Made by a program: the position numbers and the translations under genes. Shown here piece after piece: positions 19,501 through 30,100 of a stretch of DNA of 64,000 nt. How positions within the stretch are numbered: the stretch's first letter is position 1; every line of letters starts with the position of its first letter. The notes under the pieces were generated by a model. The model saw only the letters and a list, made by a program, of their open reading frames with translations, was not told where the DNA came from and did no database searches. This DNA comes from Candidatus Poribacteria bacterium (GTDB taxonomy: Bacteria > Poribacteria > WGA-4E > WGA-3G): NCBI GenBank assembly GCA_965200205.1, contig CBDAUI010000002.1, positions 1,449,472 through 1,513,471 of the forward strand. Reading direction: 5' to 3'.

Positions 19501-20660
19501 TCGGCAACGTCGCCGCAGCGTTAACTTATATGGAAGCAGAGGCACAGCAACGAATCACAACACAAGAGTCGGATGGAAGTTGGCGGTGGCATCCGAAAAA
19601 CGAGAAAACTGCGAGGCTTGGAGAAGCTGGAGAAGCAGTTCTCGGCACCTGTGCGGATGCTGCCCTCCTCCTCCTGAAACACGCGCGTATCACTGGTAAC
19701 CAAGCTTCGCGTGCGGCAGGTTTGAAAGCACTCGACTTCATGAAGCAATTCTCAATCCCACGCGGGGCGCAGATGTGGGAATGCCCGATGTATCAACCCG
19801 ATGTCCTCGCGGCAGCACATGCGATCGGGAGTTATGTTGAGGCTTACGAACTTACCGGTGAGAAAGCACACCTCAAACAAGCAACGTACTGGGCAAAAAC
19901 GTCGCTACCGTTCCTTTACCATTGGCATCTGCCGGACCGCCCCGGCATGCATTTCGCCTCAATTCCAGTTTTCGGTACAACTTTCTATACGCACCCTTGG
20001 TTTGGTGTGCCAGTCCAGTGGAACGGATTAGTCCTCGCCTACTATCTCCAACGCTTGAACCAACACGTCGGAGATGGACACTGGCATCAAATTGCTGAAG
20101 GGATTACCGTAAGTGCGATGTATCAACAGTGGGATGATGGCGAACTGAAGGGCACCTATCCAGATGGGTTCTACGGTTTCTGTACCGAAGGTAAAGGACC
20201 ACATCTGAACCCAGAAGATATTATGGTAAACGTCTATACACTCCGAGGTCTTGATCCCGGCATTAAAACTGCTATTGTTGACGACGTTCATCTCAGTTCG
20301 GGAGCAAAGATAGATAAGTTTACACGAACCGATGCTGGACAACTCAACTATCAACTCAGTTACGTTGAAGGGGAAGTCAGTTACACCCTTATTACGGGTT
20401 ACGGATGTTCACCACAAAAACTTCAAGCGCGCTACGAATTCGCATCACCTCCGGAGGAACTCGAAATCTCAGACGCAGCGGAAGCTCCAGAAGAGGATGC
20501 GTCTTCCAACACCCCAAAAAAATACGCTGAAACTGAGATACCAGCCGTGGAAACGCTCGAAAACGTTGAATCTGGATGGACCTATATTCAAGAGAAAGAT
20601 GCAATATTGGTAAAGTACCTGCACCCGACCACGGATGTGCAGTTTGAACTTTCGAGATAG
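16596..20660 (+). CDS. large (1354 aa) protein with ~200-aa acidic Asp/Glu/Thr/Ser-rich low-complexity N-terminus, beta-rich middle and alpha-helical (alpha/alpha-toroid-like) C-terminal region; function unknown
   Basis: continuous ORF, low-complexity acidic N-terminal region, no recognisable catalytic motif. Confidence 0.55.
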   Translation: MFTGFQQVLAACIAKTEENTDQPDDAQHDDESQAELEIATDNNSVDNTEQTDTPAPEQNGTEEGDEVSPVSEDDTSSDPVDESTETHADDDPVVVDEDAESHDNDVSNKSDVEEAAGDEVSNTAPPDADDEPDESLADADSVTEDDTTSEPADASPEKETEDTADDSPQVADNETIETEAQESDEIDKDEDTQTVPVPEPDPPALELGIVEEIYDFVEMFDQSTVSGTEQASANGTDCAGGVTKPAIFEHPIPTETAKIDYTVSLPDTDDQERLCLHFFIGLRDGVVFDDETRQPGGVKFAIEIFDLHNNVDLEAPPNRCFESTATECCWTEHGIDLTAYAGKEIVISFLTECNVAGNSNYAWALWGKPALGKFRQTRLRKARRDPEPEIRCGVALLHFSDEKTEFIAFNVPTSTAVSELTSICLESSKSEKSPVKIGLYTAVPKLEIVNIGATTAIVAAGEDFEVQCTVRNVGTAPLGRSDDARVSINGVKLRRGRPRQSIKGLEPGEESSISWVARRFSQPTLTTVGVSLKCLTSAGEDRKTVQGHIEIRPTPPKLNAKVVKELYTYTAEDGSVVMGNKNLRIVFVRAIDAPAKANNASPADSGFAYYLLFVAKGGNYQQVASCPALSEVTYLDAAQNRQTTRLAPTDYQLAGNSRGESIVRFSGAHTDTDGVKWNYEMQWTLAEDATRVQTESHLQTDGDRELLAFRGPMLYAGQGRNQEKKTAALFPGLEFLESDEISSSPRDAAPPLNNRLVPHPYKITVPVMAVEMQKSVVGIIWNPLDTWDSENRTLSAIFASPNWHQYQKNHALGVFLPTIPEWVQENHTEASIPYPLISSRPLSIKAEIIVDGRASIVDAVKHWTDAYGTPEPLQPPRSDEEEVLLSRHGFMHTTWDENTGKSQHCVDWAAHNEPGFGTLLWYDYLATKDAQVKERVQEIVKNTVADTGVEGLAARGSCHILRWEFPFYVGNVAAALTYMEAEAQQRITTQESDGSWRWHPKNEKTARLGEAGEAVLGTCADAALLLLKHARITGNQASRAAGLKALDFMKQFSIPRGAQMWECPMYQPDVLAAAHAIGSYVEAYELTGEKAHLKQATYWAKTSLPFLYHWHLPDRPGMHFASIPVFGTTFYTHPWFGVPVQWNGLVLAYYLQRLNQHVGDGHWHQIAEGITVSAMYQQWDDGELKGTYPDGFYGFCTEGKGPHLNPEDIMVNVYTLRGLDPGIKTAIVDDVHLSSGAKIDKFTRTDAGQLNYQLSYVEGEVSYTLITGYGCSPQKLQARYEFASPPEELEISDAAEAPEEDASSNTPKKYAETEIPAVETLENVESGWTYIQEKDAILVKYLHPTTDVQFELSR

Positions 20661-20758
20661 TCGTAGGCACACGCCGTGTGCCGTTTCGCCACATTAAGGT
20701 AAATACATACCGGCGCAGATTCTTCATAGATTCTCGCCAAAGTAAGGAGACGAATAAA

Positions 20759-21097
20759 ATGGCTAAAAAGATCGTTTTCACCACGTTCGTTCTGGTTACC
20801 GTAGCAATTGTTGCCCTCGTTATGTTCGCCCATAATGCAGATGCGCAAGATGGCGCAGCCGCGGCAGATGCTCCGATGGTAAATTTTAAAATCTTGGGCG
20901 GTTTTATCATTGAAGGCGTGGTCTTCAGCATCGTCGGTCTAATCATTCTGATGGTCGGCTATAAAGTCTTTGACCTGGCAACCCCTTATGACTTAAACCG
21001 TCAGATTGCCGAAGATAACAATGTCGCTGCAGGTATTGCTGTCGCCGGTGTCCTCGTTTCACTCGGTATCATTGTCGCTGCTGCGATGGGTGGATAG
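20759..21097 (+). CDS. small membrane protein, DUF350-like
   Basis: AAGGAG RBS then MAKK; two predicted TM helices; FDLATPYDLNRQIAEDNNVAAGI resembles DUF350 repeat. Confidence 0.45.
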   Translation: MAKKIVFTTFVLVTVAIVALVMFAHNADAQDGAAAADAPMVNFKILGGFIIEGVVFSIVGLIILMVGYKVFDLATPYDLNRQIAEDNNVAAGIAVAGVLVSLGIIVAAAMGG

Positions 21098-21120
21098 AAA
21101 CCTTTCGTAACTGCCCCAAA

Positions 21121-21218
21121 CACCAGACACTGCAGGCGAGGTTTGGAACCTCGCAAAACACTACAAGCGCGGTTTGGAACCCCACCAGACCTGCAGGCGA
21201 GGTTTGGAACCTCGCAAA
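21121..21218. repeat. three tandem REP-like hairpin units (CTGCAGGCGAGGTTTGGAACCTCGCAAA)
   Basis: GCGAGGTT-tgg-AACCTCGC perfect 8-bp stem; two near-identical copies and one degenerate copy at ~31-nt spacing; likely terminator/REP element after DUF350 gene. Confidence 0.65.
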
Positions 21219-21304
21219 TTTAAAGGCAATCGTGGATTTTACTATAACCGCTCCCATAACTGGCAGAACTATTTTGGGCAAGAAAAACGACAGGAGATAG
21301 TAAA

Positions 21305-22114
21305 ATGGCAGAAACAACCTATTTAGCGGGTCAGGTTGTCAGTGATGCGCAAATCCAAGAATGGGTGGAAACCTTCCACCAACAAGGCTGCCTGTTTCTG
21401 CAAAACGTCCTGACTCCTGATCATTGCGCGCAACTTCGGCAAGATTTGGAGTGGGCACTAAAAAATAACCCGAACGGCTTAAACAGCGGGAACGCCACCG
21501 CAAATATGCATTTAAGCCATAGGATGTTTGAACACAGCGAAGCGAACCGTCGCCTTTTCGAGCTCGAACCGATTGTCTCCTTCGCTGAAGCACTTGTTGC
21601 CGAAAATTGCCACGTTATTCACAACAATTCGTTTCAAACGTTCCCGGGCGGCGGTATTACCTCGTGGCATCAAGACGATGCACTGCACTATGTCGTAACG
21701 GACGGCGAACCACCGAAGAATGTCCGGCTGCCAGTGCTACTCTTTACCGCGAATTACTACCTTACAGACGTTACTGAGATTGAACACGGCGGTACGGAGG
21801 TGATACCCGGATCGCATCTTTTCGGGGCATCGCCACCGAACCCGATTGAAGGAACGCAATGGGAGGAAAAGATCCAGTATAACCTTGGAAACGCTGGAAG
21901 TGTTATCATGTTCAACAATCAGGTGTGGCATCGTGGCGGTCCCAATCGGAGCAAGCGCACCCGATATATCACGCAGGTGACCTACGCGCGCAGACTCGTC
22001 GGACATAAATATTATCCGTTCATGAACTACAATATGCCCGATTCTGTCTATAAAGACGCGAGTCCACGTTTGCGCCGATTACTCGGCTTCCTCAATCACG
22101 GTGCTTACGGTTAA
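21305..22114 (+). CDS. phytanoyl-CoA dioxygenase (PhyH) family Fe(II)/2-oxoglutarate oxygenase
   Basis: WHQDD..H iron-binding motif, distal His, size 269 aa. Confidence 0.75.
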   Translation: MAETTYLAGQVVSDAQIQEWVETFHQQGCLFLQNVLTPDHCAQLRQDLEWALKNNPNGLNSGNATANMHLSHRMFEHSEANRRLFELEPIVSFAEALVAENCHVIHNNSFQTFPGGGITSWHQDDALHYVVTDGEPPKNVRLPVLLFTANYYLTDVTEIEHGGTEVIPGSHLFGASPPNPIEGTQWEEKIQYNLGNAGSVIMFNNQVWHRGGPNRSKRTRYITQVTYARRLVGHKYYPFMNYNMPDSVYKDASPRLRRLLGFLNHGAYG

Positions 22115-22145
22115 TTTCTGTACTTACTGATAACCGATAATTAAT

Positions 22146-23192
22146 ATGAAAGCAATTGTTTTTTCAGAACAGGGCAGTGTAGAAGTGCTTCACTATACAG
22201 ATGTCCCGAAACCGGTACTGGGGGCTGACGAGGTTCTTATTAACGTCAAAGCCTGTTCGGTGAACTATCTCGACCTCCATGCCCGACGGAACCGACCAGA
22301 AATTGAAGCGAAACTCCGTCGAGGCGACACACCCCATATCCTCGGATCCGACATCGCTGGAACAATTGCCGAGATCGGTGCAGCCGTTGATTCCATTGCG
22401 GTTGGCGACCGGGTTGTCCTGGCACCCTGTATTCCGTGCGGCACTTGTAGTGATTGCCATCGTGGCGACGAAAACTTGTGCGACACACAGGTACTGATCG
22501 GTTTCCAAACCGACGGCGGATACGCGGAATATGTGAAAGCACCCGCCGTAAACGCGATTCAGATACCGGAATCCCTGTCGTTTGTTAATGCCGCTGCGAT
22601 GCCGATCGCCTATCTCACGGCGTGGCACATGCTGGCGACTCGTGCCCAACTTCGTCCCGGAGAGGATGTCTTAATTCTCGGTGTAGGCGGCGGTGTCGGA
22701 AGCGCGGGGCTGCAGATCGCTAAATTGAGCGGGGCGAGAATCTTTGCTACAGCAAGTAGTGATGAGAAACTCGCACACGCACGGAAAATGGGAGCAGATG
22801 TCACGATTAACTATAAAGATACGGACTTTTCAGAAGTTGTGCTTGATGCAACAGACAGACGCGGTGTAGACGTAGTCCTTGAGCATGTCGGTGCTGCGAC
22901 GTGGGCGCAGAGCATCGCAAGCCTTGCGAAAAACGGGAGGCTCGTCTCCTGCGGTGTTACAACAGGCAACATCGGTGAAATTAATATCCGAAAATTGTAT
23001 CAGAAACAGATAACGATAATGGGGTCCGCCCTCGGCACCGCACCAGAACTCCGAACACTCGTCACTCTCGCCGGACAGGGAAAATTGGAGCCCATCATCG
23101 ATAGGACGCTGCCACTTGAGCGTGCCAATGAGGCACACCTATTGTTAGAGAATCGTAAGAATTTCGGTAAGATCGTTTTGGTCAATGCTTAG
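22146..23192 (+). CDS. zinc-binding alcohol dehydrogenase / quinone oxidoreductase (MDR superfamily)
   Basis: GHE-like N-terminal catalytic domain, GxGxxG Rossmann motif (LGVGGGVGSAGLQIA), 348 aa. Confidence 0.85.
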   Translation: MKAIVFSEQGSVEVLHYTDVPKPVLGADEVLINVKACSVNYLDLHARRNRPEIEAKLRRGDTPHILGSDIAGTIAEIGAAVDSIAVGDRVVLAPCIPCGTCSDCHRGDENLCDTQVLIGFQTDGGYAEYVKAPAVNAIQIPESLSFVNAAAMPIAYLTAWHMLATRAQLRPGEDVLILGVGGGVGSAGLQIAKLSGARIFATASSDEKLAHARKMGADVTINYKDTDFSEVVLDATDRRGVDVVLEHVGAATWAQSIASLAKNGRLVSCGVTTGNIGEINIRKLYQKQITIMGSALGTAPELRTLVTLAGQGKLEPIIDRTLPLERANEAHLLLENRKNFGKIVLVNA

Positions 23193-23348
23193 AACGGCAC
23201 ATTCCGATGTCGTTTCAAAAGGGCGTAAATCCCGCGAAAGTTTTTCAGAACGATATGTGAATACGACGCTATTAGGAATGCACAGATCTAAGCAAAAACA
23301 ACTTAGGGCTGGGTAAAAAATTTGGCGTTAAGTCGTAAAACGCTTCCG

Positions 23349-23735
23349 TCAGGAAGCGTTCTCTTCAACTACCGCCTGTGTGTCCGCTTTTGTTTTCAGG
23401 AACTCATAGAACTCATAGAGCGTTTCTTTGTCTTTCTCTGTAAATTCCATCATTCCTTTGAACATAGCATTGACTTTAGGATCCGCCAACAGATCACTGT
23501 AACTTTTTTCAGTTTTTCCGAGCAGATAGTCGGTGGTAACTTTTAGGGCGTCAGAGAGACTTGAGAGTGTTTTAAAGGAAGGTTTTCGGGTCCCGGACTC
23601 GAATTGCGAAATGGCGGCGGGCGTTAGGTTTGCCTCTTTCGCGAGTTCGGTCTGTGTCAACTTCAATTCATGACGACGTGCTTTTATACGTGAGACGACT
23701 TTGTCTACGTTCGGTTGTTTCGATTCTTTGGTCAC
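23349..23735 (-). CDS. XRE-family (Cro/C1-type) helix-turn-helix transcriptional regulator
   Basis: LKLTQTELAKEANLTPAAISQFESGTRKPSFKTLSSLSDAL HTH_3 signature; divergent from the giant operon. Confidence 0.75.
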   Translation of the reverse strand: MTKESKQPNVDKVVSRIKARRHELKLTQTELAKEANLTPAAISQFESGTRKPSFKTLSSLSDALKVTTDYLLGKTEKSYSDLLADPKVNAMFKGMMEFTEKDKETLYEFYEFLKTKADTQAVVEENAS

Positions 23736-23818
23736 GTTTGACTCCTTTTGATCAGAAAGACATCGTTGGACTATCTTCCATTATTTCATTTTTCAGCATC
23801 CCAATAAAATTACAGAGA

Positions 23819-23852
23819 TGGCAAAATTACAGAGATGCAGTTTCAAGAAGTT
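23819..23852. promoter_or_regulatory. tandem 17-bp direct repeat (ggcaaaattacagagat x2) in AT-rich divergent promoter region; candidate operator
   Basis: repeat seen directly; located between XRE regulator start and the giant gene. Confidence 0.4.
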
Positions 23853-24167
23853 TTTGCTACGAAACGAGGCAAAAACGTGAAATATATTTTAACCCAAAAA
23901 GCCTCGAAATGCAAATTTTAATTTAAGTTTGACAAAAATTATAATATTAGGATAAAATATACACATTATTGCTAATATTGTATCAAAAAAGTTTGTATCG
24001 CAGACATTTAAACAAACCAAAATCGAAAAAAATAAGTGAACCGCGTACCATTATACATAGCAGTGTCTTATCTTCGCGGTGTGTGCCTTAGTAGGTAATT
24101 AAAAGAACACTCGCGTATGTACCTTGGAAAGAAGTGAAAAAATAAGGAAAGGTGAGGACTTTACAAT

Positions 24168-27100
24168 ATGAGAATGCGTAGTAGATGTGAATATCGCTCG
24201 CAATGTTTTGTTTCTGTAATCAGTGTGTTGACGTTTTTGGTGTCCGCGCTGTTATTTACCGGATTGTCGAATACGGTGCATGCGCAGACGGTTTCAAGCA
24301 CCGGCATGAAAACCGCTGCGATCCAGATTCGAGATGATCTCTCTATCGGTAACATCCGAAAGGATATTGCCCGTCTTTCGAGTCTTGAGAGCCGCGTAAC
24401 AGGGTATCCCCAAGCCGCAAGCGGGAGTAAGTACATCTTTGACCGCTTCGTAGAAATCGGTTTGCAAAACGTTGAGAGTCGTGAATTTCCGGTCACTGTC
24501 CCGATTGATCACGGTAATAGTGTCGTTGAGGTGCTTTCGCCTGATGCGTCCGTACTGCATACCTTTGAACTCACCCCACTTTGGCCGAACCTTGTACGCA
24601 CTTCACTTTTAGCAGACGCAATTAAACACACTGTATTAGCAGGGGAATCCCTCGAAGACATTGCTCACAGCTTCCAAGTTGATGAAGCCGCTATCCTTGC
24701 AGACGAACGCAACCAATTTTTGGCGACACCTGTGGTTGAAGGGAGTACTGTCTATATCCCGACAGGTGGGTTATCGGGTCCGCTTCTTTACGGTGATGAC
24801 GCTGAACTCGCTGATTTTAACGACACCAATATCGGTGGATTCTGGTACGAACTCCAAGATGGTGATACGCTCACAACGCTCGCACGACGTTACCGTATCA
24901 CTGAAGCCAGCATTACTGACGACATACTCAATGAACACTTGCAAAAAGCGTCCGATGGCATTGATAACGATGAAGACGGCACCATTGATGAATACGGCGA
25001 GATACCGCTGCTCTCGGAGATTCGAGGCTGGGCGACAGACGGTATCGATAACGATGCTGACGGTTGGACAGATGAAGTCCCCGGCGACGATACCGATGGT
25101 ATTGATAATAACAACGATGGACAAGTTGATGAAACAGGCGAATTCATTGCTGCAAGTGAATCAAATGTCTTTATCCCAAAAGGCGCGATTGTCCTCCTCG
25201 ACTTCAACTCCAGTACCCGCTACATTAACGCCGCAATGCTCGGCGGCACCGCAGTCATTTTCATCCAACCTGAAACGACGATTCGAGGCGAAGCGGAAAA
25301 CAAATTTGGCACCGTCCCCGCTAATATCCCACGTTTTTGGATTTCTAAAACAGATGCCGATGTCCTCACGGCTCTGCTTGAAGAACAGCACTCACAAGGT
25401 AATCAGGTCAATGTTCGCGTCCGAGGTAAAATGACTTGGGAACGCCGTGTCGGACAGAACATACGAGGTTTTTTAGAGGGCGGCGATCCAACGCTCAGCG
25501 ATGAACTCGTCGTTATCACAGCCTATTACGATGCTATGTCCGTAGTCCCCGCAATGGCACCCGGTGCGGATCCGACCTGTGGGATCGCAACGCTCATGGA
25601 ACTCGCACGCCTCTTTAGTCAACCCCAGTATCGTCCCGGCTATTCCGTCCTTTTTGTCGCAGTTGATGGACATTTCCAAGGACTCGCTGGTATGCGGGCA
25701 TTCATGGAAGGTATCGGGCAGGATATTGTCGGTGCTGATACAGACTCACCCGGTACACCGACAATGCACGGACTCCGACGCGGCCTCTCTACAGATATTA
25801 TTGAATTTGAGGAACTCGGTAGAAGACTCTTGCTCTCAATTGACCGGAGTGTCCTCGTTGATCTACCCTCCAATTTCTTCCACGGTATACACCAAGTCAA
25901 AGCAGATATCGAATCACTCGGAATAACACTCGACGGTTTAGCAGAGACCCGCGCCGAAATCGACCACCTCACGAATCAACAGCGCGATTTTTCCGAGCGT
26001 CAAAAGAAGCAAGCAGACAGGAATCGGAAACGAGAGAAACAGGGATTTACCGGCGAAGAGAAGAGCCTTTTGTTAGCGAATCTCGCACGTTCAAAGAAAG
26101 AGGCTTTGCAAACAACACACTTCCTTCGAGATGTCGTCGGGAGACTCGCTGAAGTCCGTACAGTCGCGCTCAACACAAGCCGAACCGCTCAAACCGAATT
26201 AATTGAGACAATCGCGCTCCCGACCGCACGGCTTGATGTGTGGGCAGTCAACAAAATTATTCGCGCCGTTGAAGCCGGTGAGGTAGATGAATACGCGAAA
26301 CATCCCAACGATGCCTATCTGCTTCCAGAACAACAAGGCTCAGACTGGTATATCCCCGTACCAGAAGACCTTCCAGAAGAACTCGCCCCTGACATAGAGA
26401 CGCTTAACAGAGTCCTCGCAGATTGGGAGATGAGCGATAAACGCAAATTTGCCCTGATGTGGACTCCCGAAAAAGTACTCGATCGACACCTCGACCTCCA
26501 CAGCCTCAATAAAGCGAAGAAAGCACGTAGCGTCCTAAATGCTGCTCCCGATACACAAGAAAATGCCGTCGAAAAAGAGAAGCAACTCCTCGAAAAAGTG
26601 CTCTCACAAATCTCTGACAGCCAGCCTATAGAAGATGAAATTAAGGCAAGCATCCGCAAACTTAAGGAGACAGCATTGTGGAAAGGTGCTGATGATGGAA
26701 AGCTGCTTTACGGCGGGGAATACCTGTCGAAAGCCGGTGTGGAACGCCTCAACACAATTGACACGCAACTCCGACAACGCTTCGCTGAATCCGATGATAC
26801 CGTTGACACAGGTGTATTGGTTGCAGACTTACTGAAAGATAAGCAGGGGATCTTTGAAATCGCCCTCCGAAACGCGCGATTGGAGCGAACCCGTATCCAG
26901 AATTTGCTAGCCACATCCCAAACGTTAGGACGTGAGTACCTCGCTGAAGAACAACTCATCCTGGAACACTATCTATCGGAGGGTGAGGTGGAACAGGCAC
27001 TTGATCTCCGTTCACGTGTTGCGGCATATATCAATGAAAAAGAGCTGTTAGCAACAGTTAAAAAACGCGCAGAAACGGATCTTGTGGCACTCGACAACCT

Positions 27101-30100
27101 GCTCAAACGTCTGCCAACATTGAATACGGATGTTGATGAAGAGACGAAAAACCTCCTACGCGACAACATGCTAACGCTACGGAATGCTCGCTTCCGCAAC
27201 ATTCAGAGTCGTATTGAAAAGATGTTGCGAATTGATACCGACGAATACAATCGAAAACTCGGACAGATTGAAGCAGCGATCGCACTCCAGGACCTGTTCA
27301 ACCGTTACTACACCTCGCTCTTTATTAGTGTTGACCTCTCCTCCCAATCGGATCAGTTCGGTGTATTCAACAAAGGGTGGTTCTACGATCAAGAACCCGA
27401 ATTTGTGCTCCGGCGTGAGTTTGCAAGTATCGGTAATAAACTTGCAACCTACGCACAAGATGCCGACTTCGGGGTCCGTATCCGTAAACTCTGGCAGTGG
27501 ACAGATGACCAAATTCGACAAGCCGTTATGGCGCGTCAATGGACAGTCGCAAACGGGATTTCTGATAAGGCTGCTCTCGAAGGGAAAACCCTCGAAACTT
27601 TGCTCAGTTCGCATTTCGGTAAACTGACTGGACTCAGCGGTGTCAGCCGTCTCATGAAGATGCAGTTCGAGCAGTGGCGCAATCAAGGCGAACCTTCCGA
27701 GGATATGCTCAAGGACATGGACTATATCCGAAAAGAGGTTGAACGCTTCATCCGAAACGATGTACGCACCGCAAAGAAAAATCGGAAGAACAGCATTCGG
27801 ACGCGCGAGCAGCTTGACGCAATGCTACGACTCCGACATGAAGACCCAGATACCTTTACCGATGATGAAATTGAGGACATCAAAACGCTGATTTCGATTG
27901 CTGGACTCGGCGGACAGTCGAATTTCGTGAACGCCATCTCGGCAAGCGGCGGAAAAACATGGAAAACATACATCCCGGGTAAAATCGCTTTTGATAGTGA
28001 AGTCGCGACGCTTGTCGGAAAAACCGGTATCGCTTTCGCAACGATTGAAGATGCTCGTGTTTTAACCGATACACCGCTTGATACAATTGATCGCGTCGAT
28101 TTACGTGAAGGTGGTAACCTGCATCAGCAGGCACAGACACTCGCATCAATACTCATCCAAGCACTCCGCGACGAAGAGATGCCGACCGCCGCCCGGGTCG
28201 GTAATTTCTATTGTAACTTGTTCGGTGATGTCGTGGAATTTGATGCACGCGAGTCCGCCCTCCCGAATAAACCGGTGCCTTACCCGATATTGACCCTCCG
28301 CAGAAAGCATAAAACCATGATGGGGGTCCGTGGCGACCTGTTTGTTATGGGAGATAACAAAGGCAACTTTGAGGTGCCTGGGTTAGCTATGGAAGGTAGA
28401 GCGACACGTCGCCTCGGTGGTGCACAAGAGGTTGAGGCATATATCCTTGACAAGGATTCAGGCGATATCGTCTACGCGCCAGATTTAGGGAACTACGGCG
28501 CGAAACTACTTCCGAATAAAGTACCTATTAACACGCGTCGCCGCGGCTGCCGTGTCGTTACATTCCCTTGTGTGTCCACAACTATCTATGATCTCGTTGA
28601 CCAGCGATACCTGCGAACCTTGCGAGAACTTGAAATTTACGATGCCCTCACCGATAGTGCACCGGAAAAATTCGGAATGTCCAAACCGTGGCAACAAGAG
28701 GGTGTCTCTGCAGCGGAACCGATCGCACTCGTCTATAGTGAACCGAACACCCGTATTAAAATCGGGATGGCTTATGGGCAAATAGGTAAACGCCTTTTGC
28801 TTATCAAAGCAACGAAGAGTGGTATGAAGAACCCGACGCTCTATACAGGTGAAGGGTTTGTCGTACGTGAAAACGGGCGAATTCGTATGACTCCCTACGT
28901 CGTTGTCCGAGATATGTGGTGGCTTGACGAGAACCGCTCACGCCTCTATAAACGCTTCGGTATCTCCAGCGACCGGCTTGATCAACTCCATCAGTATGCC
29001 AGCGAATATCTTGCACGCGCTGAAACGGCCCTCCTCCAAAATGACTATCAGCAGGCACTCAAACTTGCACGCGCAGCCTGGGGGTACGAATCACGCGCAT
29101 ACCCTGATGTCAAGCAGACCGGTAACGATGTCGTCAACGGCGTGATGTTCTACCTCGCCCTGCTGATGCCGTTCGCCTACTTCATGGAACGTCTCGTTTT
29201 CGGGTTCCCCAACATCCACAAGCAGATTATCGGATCGTTCGGTATCTTTTTACTTGTGTTCTTCTTCTTAAGTCAGGTTCACCCTGCATTCCAGATTACG
29301 ACAACCCCGATAATTATCTTGATCGCGTTTGTTGTACTCGCATTGACAGTTATCGTCATCAGCATTATTATCCGAAAATTTGAAGAGCAGCTCGAAAAAA
29401 TTCGGCAAGAAGGGAACAAGGTTTACAAGGCAGATGTCGGTCGATTGAGCGCAAGTTCCGCAGCGTTTAGCTTGGGAATCTCCAACATGCGGAAACGGAA
29501 AGGACGTACGATCCTGACCTGTTGTACACTGGTCATTCTGACCTTCACTGTCATTTCGTTCACCTCTGTCCGGACATTTATGCATCCGAACAGAACGAGT
29601 CTCCCACAAGTAACACCGCGCTATACAGGACTTCTCATCCGTGACCAATACTGGCGTCCGCTTGAGGAACCGGTATTGACCTCTGTGCGCAACGATATGC
29701 AGAAAACGCAGATCACAGTCCCAGACTTAGAACGGCTCCTGGAACGTAAAAACGAAATTCTTATCAAAGACGGACAACAACCGATCAATATCTCAGAAGC
29801 CATTACAGATTTAGAGCAGGAAGGCTTTATCCAACAGGTAGACGAAGAATCCATCGTGACTGTCAGGAATAGGATTGCCCCGCGCGCGTGGTATCAGTCT
29901 TCGGGTACAGGTGATCAGTCGTTTGTACAGTTGACCCGTACACCGAACGAAATAGATACATCACCACCAACACATCAACTGACAGGTGAAGCACTGACCT
30001 TCGCTGCGAATATGCTCGTCGGGATGGGCGAATCAGAACCGGATGTTACGGGTATTGATAGATACCTGCAATACGGAAAGTGGTTCGATCGTGCTGATGC

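Noticed and set aside
21121-21218. Three ~30-nt spaced palindromic repeats considered as a mini-CRISPR
   Set aside because: Only 2-3 units with essentially no unique spacers and no cas genes. Better explained as tandem REP-like hairpins.
24661-25434. 257-aa plus-strand ORF in alternate frame of the giant gene, and many 60-170-aa ORFs within 24168..31493
   Set aside because: Embedded in a continuous 7.3-kb reading frame with recognisable domains; alternate-frame ORFs lack motifs.
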